64,000 nucleotides of DNA. Source: Dicyema japonicum (lineage: Eukaryota > Animalia > Dicyemida). A model generated the notes under the pieces. The model was not told the DNA's origin. It saw nothing but the letters and a program-made list of their open reading frames with translations, and did not search any database. The stretch spans positions 1,164,143 through 1,228,142 of the forward strand of contig RDEW01000014.1 in NCBI GenBank assembly GCA_011109175.1, written 5' to 3'. Positions within the stretch are counted from its first letter, which is position 1; each line of letters begins with the position of its first letter. Made by a program: the position numbers and the translations under genes. Below, one piece after another: positions 38,341 to 49,800 of this stretch.

Positions 38341-40050
38341 CTATATATCACTTCACGACGTTGGAAAAGAGTCACAAACTCCCTATCCCGCGCGGATGGT
38401 GTCGAATCCTACTCCTTCCCTGTGGAGATGTCGAGGAAAATCCAGGACCAGATTTAGTCACATTACAAATTAACATCAATGCTATCCGAACAAAAATTGC
38501 CGAACTACAACTCTTTCTCATAAAACACTCAATGGATATAGCTCTTTCCCGAGATACCAAACTTAACCCACGGCGATCAACCCCCAACTTTAAGGGAAAC
38601 AACGTTTTCAGACGAGACAGAGGTCATGGATAGAAAGGAAATTTAATTACTTTAATCAGGAAGCATATAATGATTATAAATATCTCGGACGACATCCCGG
38701 ACCCCTCCCACCAAGACGACACACTGGTGCAACTAACTCAGAAAATTTGCCTACCCTCTTTCCGATTGACAGTTGTCAATATATAAGTACCTTCTCCACC
38801 GTCATGCCCAAAAGGCTACCGCCCTGAACTCAACGATTCACTCTGTTGGAACACACGCTAATTGGCGGTGACTTAAATGCGAAGAGTTTTCGATGGCATG
38901 CTGACCAACAACTGAATCAACGGGGGCCCCTATATTTGACAGTTTTGACGACTTGATCACTCTCAATAATCAAAGCAAACACACAAGGTCCCCTTCCCGT
39001 CAAGGCGACTCCCCTACTTTACCAGACATTTCTTTGCCGCCCCTTCTCTTGAGGCTGTCATTTTATGGGATTTTATATACGACTTACATACCTACCATAA
39101 CCCGATCTTCATGAGGATCTACAAAAACATAAGTTAATGAACACTCTGAGAACAAATGTGAACTTTTTAAAGACAATATGGCCCGCCTTCACATCTTTTA
39201 TCGAACTACACATACACCTTCCAGATAGAGAACTTCGGATCTATCGACGCTGCTGTCGAATACCTCAATGAGATTATACTCCGAGATCGCAAAAGATACA
39301 TTCCGATACTGAAAGGATATTAAAACTGAACAAAGAAATCACTCGGAACATCACGAAACACAGCAAAGAACGTTGGGAACCCTTGCTCAGATAAGTTACG
39401 AACAATACTTCCCTCACTGTATAATGTAAATCGATAAGGAGGCTTAAGAAGTGCTCTCCACATTTAATTGGACATCAAGAGCCATATCCCAATATTAGTC
39501 ATAAACCATATTCAAAAGACATGGATGTTCATTCTAGCAATGGTCGAAGGAATAATTTCCCAACATGACTTCTTCAACCCTTCAACAGTCCACTCAGTAA
39601 TCAGGAAAATGAATAACTTGTCGTCCCGCGGTTCAGATGACATCTTCATTCTCTAACTGAAACACCTGGGTCATTCCGTGACGGCCAAAATAACACAAAT
39701 TTTCAACCTCTCAATAAACGAGAACAAGATTCCGTCAATATGGAAGAAATCTCTGATACACCATATCCTGAGAAAACAACCATTATCTGCGCCATATCTT
39801 CTACCGACCGGTATCCATCATCTGCGCCATATCACGAGTGTTAGAAAAACTAGTCATTCTCAAGATCCGTCATTTCATAACTCTACCATCTTTTCTACAT
39901 GGATTCCGCGAAAGACACTCAACAACAACTTATCTAGAAAAGACTTTTGACTCAGTATCTCGGAAGATCCTTACAGCAAAAATTTTTACTACATCAATCC
40001 ACCCTAAATTAAAGTCATGGTTGGCTAACTTAATCAACCTTAGGCAAAAA
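38328..40050 (+). mobile_element. Ingi/Vingi-like LINE, 2A-APE-RT, decayed and 3' truncated
   Basis: LLLPCGDVEENPGP (GDVEENPGP 38424-50), LQININAIRTK, GGDLNAK, PDIS, HGFRERHST, KTFDSV. Confidence 0.85.
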
Positions 40051-40204
40051 TGACCCTTGAATTTCTGAAAACCAGCTACTATGGCCAACTTGCATTAAAA
40101 CCAAATTTTCGTTAATATTTATTTATTAATCGTTAATATTTAAATCAAATATATTCGACGTGACTTTCAAAATACCGTGCTACGCATTTATTAATTCAAA
40201 ATAC

Positions 40205-40525
40205 CAACGCGTGGCGCCATGTGGTGCTGCGTGGTTAATTGATTGAAGTTTTCTGCTTGCTCATCTATTCCTCCTCTCTCTTCCTATTAGAGTGGCGTCA
40301 TGTGATCCACCCGTCTAGGTGGCGCCCAGTGCAAGGCCGGCATGAAAAAATATCATTTGCTCTCCCCCACTCTACTGGAGGGGTTTCCACAACTGCATGT
40401 AATGGACGTCTTACCTTTTATGCTGATTCCGGATGGACTCTGTAGAAGTGGAAACTGGATAACTTAATTAGTTGTTTACTTTAACTTCTTTCTCGGTGTA
40501 TCCGGGGTTAATAAATAATAATAAT
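40205..40525 (+). mobile_element. ~320-bp short non-autonomous element containing HDV-like motif (copy D, 40288-40358)
   Basis: Starts GCGTGGCGCCATGTGG, ends CCGGGGTTAATAAATAATAATAA; inverted copy at 38025-38340. Confidence 0.7.
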
Positions 40526-40535
40526 AAATATATTA

Positions 40536-42200
40536 TCAAGAGGTGCATTTATTTGCACCACTGAGCTTAGTCGGGTCAAAAAACTGGAAAAACTTTGGAG
40601 TAAACTCTATTAGCCATCGAGGATCAATAGTGCTAGCTCCATGCATGTATTCTTTTGAAGTTAACATCAACTCATATACTACCCTTCTATATAAAACTAC
40701 TCTTCTCCCTAAAGAAGTAAAAATTCCCCCGTCGTTCAATGCGTTCAACGCGTGTTGCTGCTCAACCGCAGACACGAGGTATTGCACAGGGCAAGGGTTC
40801 ATAAAGTCGAAAGACATAAGGTCATTGATTCCCATGGCCTTTAGTTGGAGTGTTGTTGCCGCCAAGTTTATTGTCCTAATCTCGGGTACCTAATAATCAT
40901 AATCCACATTATTACTTGAGTCTTTAACATTTCTCGCTCAGTGTATAATCTGAAGCACTTACCTAGACCAGTTCTACCAGATCGCACCGCCCGTTGCTTC
41001 GCCAGTGCCGTACTATTAGAGTGATTTTCAGCTGGTCCATGCACGTTTTTTGAATTTTAAATCTACTGCTTTACAAAGCAGGGATCAAAGACGTAAAAAA
41101 TTCAGTCAATTGTCAGTGATGTCTCCCCGATGTTATTTGTCACCACAATCTGTAGGTTTCTATCAAAAAACTACCTGTCTAGATCCAGTGTGAGTAGTTT
41201 GAATATTCTGACTTGAATTTCCTGCAGAAAGAGCCCAATAGAATAATCATTTTCGGGATATTGGCACTCAAGAGTCCGCCTGCACAAAATCTCATATCCA
41301 GTATTAATTTTTTCATGCCCAGTTAAAAACAGCAAAATATCCCCTATAACAATAAAGTTTAAAAATACCACGTTTTTGCTTGAGGTGGATCTCTATAATG
41401 TGATTAAGACACCATCGAGGTAGTCGGGCTTCCGTGCTGAACATGACTTCCACTGGATCCTTCCAGGGATAATGAAAATTTGCTAATTAAGTCACAATTC
41501 TCACGATTGGTAGAAATACTTGGAAAATTTAACAGAATCTAACATCGAAGAGGTTACAATTAACTTCAGATCATTCCTTTTCAGCATAGCAACCTTCAGA
41601 AGTCCGAACAGGACCTCAGTGTTTACCGTTCACTCGTGAGTTTAGTCCACCATGATAAACAAATACAGCGCCAAATCAGGGTCAATCAATCACTTTCAGA
41701 ATCAGTCATGTACTTAATCTCGGTGTCCTTAGCAGTACAATCCTCAAATCGAATTGTATAACCAATCTGAATAGTTAATAACCAAAATATAACATCCTGA
41801 CCCAATCTACGGTTAAACTCTTCAGAAACTCGTTTGACACAGACATTGCTGCTACTCTACGAGGCTGAGTCCATCCAATCTTCCCATTAGCGGTATAACC
41901 GGCCTCGTGGCAGTGCTGTGTTATCTGAGTCGTCTTCCCTGAGCCCGTGTTCCAGATTACTATCAGAATCTGGTTGTCCTGGATCGCCTTGATCAGCTCG
42001 TATTTCAGATTCGTAATCGGAAAAGTGCTTATCTACTTAATTAGGAATCTTGGTCGATACTTTCCTCCAGTCTTGTGGGACGTTATTTGCATCTTCCATT
42101 CACTTTTGAAAAAGAACTACGCTGTTGTTTCTCTCAGACTCTCTCTGCGTATTTCAAATTGTCAACAAACTTGGAGTTTTAGTCCACGCATCATGTCTTA
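40536..42200 (-). pseudogene. DHX8: DEAH-box splicing helicase PRP22/DHX8 pseudogene, intron-containing and internally deleted
   Basis: [63 protein letters not shown]; several stops and frameshifts; 27-nt intron 41767-41793. Confidence 0.9.
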
Positions 42201-42399
42201 GCTATCTGACTAAGAAATATATGGTACTTCTGTGAAGACATCAGAGTAATCAATAATCCTTATTACATAAAAAGTATAATGTCGTTTATATAGGAACAAT
42301 ATGTCTGCTGCCTCGTACTGTGTTGTTTTTAAGGGTTTGAATAGTGAAGATGGGCATGGGTTGTTGTATTTTCAGTTATAGACGGTAGTAAAATAGGTA

Positions 42400-43450
42400 T
42401 ATCAATGCATTATTAGAGATACAAATAGACATTCTATTTACTAAGCGTTCTATTTATTGCCATCATAAATTACAAATCCGAATCATTAGATCATCGATTT
42501 TTTTGACATTTCTCAATTTTCTTTTCACACGAAGATTTAAGGAAATGTTGTAAGACCAAAAAATCACTAATAAATTAATACACCCATTAGTCTCTCTTAA
42601 TAATCTCCACTCTTAGCTCAGTGTTCTTTCCTAGATCCCACGGACTTTCTGAAATCTTGCTGTACATGCGTGGGATCAAACTGTGTGCCATTCAAAAAAA
42701 CCTAGAGATAGATATTTATGAGATCTCGAGATGCCTCATCAGAACACTCAACATGTCTAAGTATTCTTTTCTTGAGCTCATACTATCTCGTTAAGGACTG
42801 TAAACTGCCCTGTCCCGATATAGCAGACACCCTCCAGCCTTTAGACTTCCATTGTAGCAATCGTTTTTCTCCATGATCCACTGTTCTGTCTCTCTGTACC
42901 CTTTTTTATTATAGCTCAGATCTTTTCAGCATTTTTCCAGAAGTTGGTTGAGGTCAGCGAGGTTGCACAAGAAATGATCGATCAATGTATAACGCTTTTT
43001 GAAATAAGCAAAAATTTACATATTGAGAGGATATAATTTGAATTAATTGAAAAGTTGAAGACTCTCGTCAGAGATTTATTGTAGTCCTAAAATTTTTTGT
43101 GTATATCATATGAATCCTATCAGGCCTTTGAGATAAGTAGTCTATGTATGACTCAACACCTTACTCATGTCGTTTTCTGTAAAATTAATATATTCATTGT
43201 TGCTTATTTCTACAATAACTGATAATATGCACCTTACAGGTGTATCTTGAGGACATAGCATACCAAATACTAATGGTGGATATTGTCTTAGGAGACTGAC
43301 TAAATAAATATGCTTAATCAATTTCTACTCATCACATAAACACCCAATTGACATCAGAGTTATGCTTCGACCATACTTTAACAAATTCTTTAAAGTGATG
43401 TGTACCAAAGATTGGCAATCTTGTGTTAGATAATCAAAAATGTCAATTAT
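42400..43450 (-). other. Exon-like stretches of an unidentified host gene or pseudogene
   Basis: Minus-strand protein-like frame around 43200-43440 and a GT..AG segment; no recognisable motif. Confidence 0.25.
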
Positions 43451-43914
43451 GACTGCTGTAATAAATTAATTTCCCGAAATATGAAAGATAATGCCCATGA
43501 ATGATCAAAATAGAGATAAACAGATAAAGGAAGCATAGGCAAGAGGAACCACGCTATAAAATCTTGGGTCACATGCTATAAAATCTTGGGTCACATGCTG
43601 ATATTATGCTATCTGGATAACTTTGCTAGAAAAATATACTCAAGAAACAATATTGTTGTATTCCATGGCACGTCAAGAAGATTGTGTTGAAAAGAAATAA
43701 TCTAAAGACTAAACTGAGGTGATGCGTAGACTTACAGAACAGCTTTGCCTTGTTCACAAAATCGGCGAACTACAAAAGCAGTTGTCGGAACAATTCAAAA
43801 GTTGAAATGAGAATAAGTGGATCTCTCAACTACGGAATCTAAACAAACACAATCCCTTTTTCTAAAAGATATACCGAAGAGTAAAGAACCCAGAATCAAT
43901 CGCAAACAAGATTG

Positions 43915-44474
43915 TACTTAGCACGCGCTTTGATGTTCGACCGAACGCCTTGGTTAGGTCGATCGATTCAAAGATAGTCCGTTTGGGAGTATTATAATTG
44001 TTAAAACCAGAAATTTAAAAGATATCTTTTTAGAGTTATCGTATGTCCTCCAGATGTTGTTAGCACGTGGATAAATATTAGATATTGTAGTTGGCAGTTA
44101 AATAATATTTCGAAAATTACAACGCCGTATATATTTAGTTCTTTAGAATGTTAGGGAATTCTACAATCGATTAGCAATACATATAAACTGATTAAGGACA
44201 ATAGTTTTGAACAATACTGGATTATGCTCAATTATTACGATTTGAACGGATACCCTGAGGGTTAAGAGGGCAACTAAAAGTTGTTTTAATGAGAAAAACA
44301 AATATTTCAAAGACATTTTTGTGAAAATGAGAAAAGTCAATAAGAAACAATAAAAGTAATAATTAATCAACACAGCAATCCATCCAATGTTGTCCTCGCC
44401 GACATTATCGACGTTGCCACTCACGATTGCGACAGAGATCAACTGAAAAAGCCACCGGGGATCACGTGCGTCGT
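43915..44474. repeat. Dispersed direct copy of 21371-22060 (LINE RT piece + CRE 3' end)
   Basis: Shared TACTTAGCACGCGCTTTGATGTTCG ... GAGATCAACTGAAAAAGCCACCGGG. Confidence 0.85.
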
Positions 44475-44481
44475 NAGCTGT

Positions 44482-44547
44482 TGGCTCTTTTCGTTCCTTT
44501 TTGGAATGGGTGACACCATTTCTGGTGAGCCACATGACACCACGCTA
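44482..44547 (-). ncRNA. HDV-like structured leader (copy E)
   Basis: P1 GGTGTC/GTCACC, P2 TGGCTC/GAGCCA, P3 ACC/GGT, P4 TTCC/GGAA, C-GAAAA. Confidence 0.62.
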
Positions 44548-44839
44548 ACATGAAAATTTCGAGGAAAAAAAGGTTGAAAAACACTGCTTTAGAGTACACA
44601 ATAATTTAACTACAACACAAACAGAAAACTAATTATTTAAATAATAAAATTATAATTTTGTTTTTGAAATTCTATTTGATTGCACCCTTTCCTGTGAAGA
44701 TATCATTTTTATCGTTAGTATTTTTTGGTAAGAAAAGTGACCTAAAATTATGTAAATAATTAACTTGATTACTTATTCTATCTATTTCTTTTTTAATTGT
44801 TAATTTGTTAAATATTATTTTTTTTGAATCATCAATTTA

Positions 44840-46482
44840 AAATCTTAAATTAATAATAAAAATACCTGTTTTTTAAGTCATTAATCTCCATGATTACATC
44901 CCTGTGGCCTTTCTGATAATGTCTCATCACATCTTCAATGTCAAATGTGCTCAAGACATTACTGAAGTTTTTATTGGTTACGAGAAACTGTAGTCGAATG
45001 ATAAACATAACTGCTAATCTCTCCACATTGGTTATATTTGTAAATTCTAAATATATTAATATAATACCCTCAGATATTGTCGACTTGAGTGCATATCTGT
45101 TATATTTACTAAAAGTAACTTCTAAATTGTCTCGTGTTAGTTGTGTGGTCTTTGTCGTTAAATAAATATTTCAAGTTATCCCTATGCATTATTTTGTAAT
45201 AACTTTTAGGTTGTTCGCTAAAATGAATAAAATATATTTGATTTTTTAATATTTTTGATCTCTTTGAGTTTGTGCAATCTCCAAAAACTGAGAATATATT
45301 TAGCTGCCGCGTAGATACGTTTTTTGAAGTTCTTTGATCTCTCCAAATTCTGAACCTTGATAGTAAAACCAGACCCAAGTATCCCCTTAAATATAATTTA
45401 CTCAATAATAGGTTAAATAAGGGAAGTAATAATATTACGGCTGGTAAACCGAAAAATGAGATCCCAATGATCGATCAGATGGAGGCGATGATTCTCCCAG
45501 TTGTCGTTGAAGGGACACTGTCACCGTACCCAACCGTACACAAAGTTATCTTAAAAATTATAGTAAGTATTTAAAATTCAAATGGGGGACAGCACTTACA
45601 GGGTTCATTGTAAAAAAATTGATAAAGGATAGACAAGCAAACGCACCAACAAGCTTCCCACACCACGTGATGGGCACAATATCACCATAACTAACAGTTG
45701 TCAATGATATCTATAAAAATATAATTAATAGCAATAATTATAGACATACCACACTCCACCATAAATTATCAGCATAGTTTTTGAATTGTTGGTTGTTGTC
45801 CTTCTCTGCAATGTATATTCCATATGCCGCGATTATTAGAGACAAAAACCCAACGTAAATAGACGTTGAAAGTTCCTTCTTAAAACAAAAATTACTTTTC
45901 TGTGCTGGATGATCACTGAAGTTAATAATTCCATTGATCCAACTATTCTGTTCATGTGGAAAACACGGATAATCTGGAATAAACGTAATCCCTGAATAAC
46001 AGATGTCGCGTATAAGTCCTGGTTAGTGGCTAAACTGACCAACGAAAATCCAGAAATTATAATAATTAAATCTTTTTGTTAATCAAAATTAAACCAATTA
46101 CGCATTGGGGTTTCCTCGTGAATCTGAGTCGACCAATCAGTCCCCTGTACTTTCTCTTGTATCCACAAACTAAAAGACGGATGAAAAACTCAACTGTAAG
46201 CAAACAGAGTATTAAAAATTCCTTTAATTTATCTAAAAAACTACAATAAAAATCAATGGTTTTTTAAGGGTATCCTTAAACTTATCAACTGAGGCAACAA
46301 TACTAATGGAGATTGAACCCAAAATGATTATAAAACTGGAATATATAAAAAATATACATTAAAATTTGATATCCAATTGCAAAACTGGTATTTGGCTTTT
46401 CAAAAAAAAAGTAAAGCTTAGTTTTTATTCTGAAGATTTTTCTATTATATATTTTATTTTCGTGTAGTACGGTGGAACTCAT
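44840..46482 (-). CDS. KCNQ: KCNQ (Kv7) voltage-gated potassium channel with duplicated pore/S6 exon; functional status uncertain
   Basis: ATG 46482; exons 46245-46335 (91), 46095-46221 (127), 45896-46071 (176), 45750-45875 (126), 45600-45710 (111, A), 45439-45549 (111, B), then GILGSGF..AAKYILSFWR and helix B/C LQFLV..F..VL..FDIEDV..HY.KGH. Confidence 0.93.
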
Positions 46483-46879
46483 CCATTATTATGTACGTGA
46501 TGACCATTTTAATAACTATTGATCACTTAATTAACATTATTATAATTTATATTGACTATTCCTTGTAAATTAAACTTTTTGATAAATTTATCATTAATTT
46601 TCATTGTGCTGATAAAACTTCAGACGTAGAGTCCTCAAGGACAATCATTAATGTTCTACGGGCAAATCTATTTTCCTATAAAGCTAAAGACCAAAATCAG
46701 TGGACTACGCCGATATTGGATTTTGCACGACTTTTACATGTTCCTCGAGGAATATGGAAAATCATTATACAGCTTTCAAATTCGGAAATAAAATATTATG
46801 TCCGACTTTACCATCTAGAAATCTGCTCGGAAGGGATCCTCAAATTATCTCGCTCGCTATCCTGAGAGGAAATAGCCAC

Positions 46880-49800
46880 GCAGTCAGGCAACCGCTATAT
46901 AACCTTTACTCTCTTTTCTTTAATAAAAATTAAGAAATTTAAATTATAAAGAAAATTTCAATTTTTTGGCTGCGGAGCTGGTAGCCCTTACCAGCGCTGT
47001 TAAGATGGATGCAAAAACCTGAAATTATTAATATCCCCGGTTATAATTCGATTGATATTCCATGGCGTCCCGGAGCCATATCTGGTACTGGCACCTCTAT
47101 TTTCTCAAAAAGAGTATTAAAACGCGATTGTCAAGAAGAGAATGTTTGCGAATTATTATGCATTGACTTCCATTGGTTGGATAACAATTGGTGGAAATTA
47201 CTCCAAAAGATTTAGGAATTATTAAAGGATTATAAAAGATTTTTCGTTAATAATGAAAACCCAATCCTTGTGGGAGTTCCATATGGTTGTGTGAAAACTA
47301 ATTCTGACGGCAAATGTTTATTGGAAATAACGGAATCAGAAAATTTAGAAGTTTTTACGTCTAAAGAAATCAATCATTTCAAACAATGGAGTGATGATAG
47401 ATTGGGTATTTTCGTTATGAAAAAAACCTCTCTTTGTTGAGCGATAGCCCTATGTCGAAAATGATTTAGGGAGTGATCACTTACCTCAAACTTTAAAGCT
47501 GCGAACTGGAATCGTTTTTAAAGATGATATATTTCTTGGATAATATCAACAGAATTGATTGAGCTCTTATATTTCTATGAAGTTGGATAATATTCGAAAA
47601 TTGAAAATTTTAAATCATGTGGATATAGATAGTTTATCTAAATATATAGGTGTTAAAACATTAATGGTCATGTATAACAACATGCATCATGTGATGTGTG
47701 TTTCTCATCCTCTGCTTTTGTTGAAAGAGCTATTAAAATGCTAAAAAATGTTTTAAAAAAGGATAGGAATTTCTATCTAGACAATATCAAGCATTAACTT
47801 GGATACATGGAAGGTCACAGAGCTAGAGCTAAAGAAAATGGATATATTTCATTGCAAACAATTACCCAATTTAATGGGACTAGGTTGGCCCAGAAAGATT
47901 TCAAACAAGAAATTATACTCTGGCACAATCAAGTCTAATAAGCATCATTATTGAATCAAGGTTGAGACTGTTTGGGCACGTGATTAGAATAGACATAAAT
48001 GACCCTGCAAATATAATAATGAACAATTACTTTAACAATGAGACAAATCATCGTTCAGAGGAAGACCCAGATTCAGGATCTTAATGGAATTGGAAGAAAA
48101 CTAAAATCTGCCTAAGACCTAGAAGATCTAAGGACAGATACACAAAGCAGGGGCGATTGAGAAACCTAGTGAAGCAGATTTTAAAACTTGTGGCAAAAAC
48201 GGGATTTTAGCTAATTCACTCTTTGGTTCTGTGAAAGTGCTTTTACCTCTAACTTGTCGAACTGACATGCCGTGAGGACAGCCCACTGGACTCTAACGGA
48301 GATATTTCGACTGAATCTGATGTGGAGATGGGGAGTAACAGGGAGTTTATGGCACACTATTCTTCTAAGAGAAGAAGAGGGATTACCAATAATCTGGATC
48401 ATAATCCGGTTAATTACTTTATTTACTCTTTATAAACAAATATAAAATTTATCCGTCTTTAATTTTTCATATGACAATGAGCTCATCGAAGATCATCGCC
48501 CCTCGTTGAGAATCACTACATTGGTTATCAACATAAGAGCTTGTTCATTTATGGTGTGCAATAAATTTAGTTTTGGAAAACTCCTTTATTATTAATATTC
48601 TCAAATATGAAGATCATCGCCCCTCGTTGAGAATCACTACATTGGTTATCAACATAAGAGCTTGTTCATTTATGGTGTGCAATAAATTTAGTTTTGGAAA
48701 ACTCCTTTATTATTAATATTCTCAAATATGAAATTTATTACCCTCTTTTTGATTTATCTTTTAGTAGTTGTAACTCTATCCAAGATTGGTAGAGTTCATC
48801 TCCAACAATCCTAAGAAATCCACAAATAGTTTCTAGTATTTTAAAAATAATTTGAAATCATGAATATTAAATATTGTAATGTGTATATTAGGATTCATTT
48901 GGTGGATTTGAGGTTTATGGATCTTGGATTGAATATTTTGCTCAGTCTCAGTGAATTCCTTAACACCAATAAAGTATAATTTTTTAAATAATAAAACTGG
49001 TAATTTTTTAGCGTTATAAGAATTATGCATATAATTTAATTTAATATAGGTCTGCTGCGATAAAAAGTAAAATGTTATTATATTTGCTATTAATCCAGTA
49101 TAGCACATCTAGGATACCACAGCGCCTCATTGTAGTGTGTGTAATAATCCCAAGAACAGTGAATTGATTAACGTTGAAATTGTCAGGCATGACGTTGATA
49201 AAAAATGCGGTAATTTTCAATTTGACACAAAATAGTTCAGATAAAGCTTCAGCCAGAATTATCAACCTTTGGAGTATTTTCAGTGTACATGTTTAGATAA
49301 ATATAATGACTGTGTTAAAAAAGGATGGCAAAATAACAGAACAAAACAGAATAATTGACAGTAGTAATCTAAAAAAAGCGACAGTGAGTATTTGAATGAC
49401 TATAGATCGATTCACTTCTCGCATTTGAGTATTTCTTGGAAAGTATTAAAAATATTCGTAAGCAAATTATTATTACTAAAGCCTTCAATGATGAAGACTG
49501 TGAATCGAGTCTCCCAGAATATTCTGTAGGAAGGAAACTTAATTTTAGAGACATATAAAACACTACATCGCAAAGCTTAGAACGTATATTTCACATAATG
49601 ATGGTTACTCGTTTTGATCTATTTTAGATCATGAACTCATTTTTAGTTTCCTTGTTAGGCTTATACTGATTTTAGAACGAATTCTCTAAACATTACTAAA
49701 TAAACAATGATGAACATAACGTAGAAATTGCAGTCTTATAATATTTTGACTATAAAGGTAGAATATTTACATCTTTTGATAAGACATCTAAGAACCGTAG

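Noticed and set aside
44572-44586. hAT-like terminus GGTTGAAAAACACTG
   Set aside because: Orphan end with no matching TIR or TSD in the window.
45475-45477. KCNQ TGA as selenocysteine or recoded Cys/Trp
   Set aside because: No SECIS was recognised and no KCNQ selenoprotein is known; a nonsense mutation or sequencing error is simpler.
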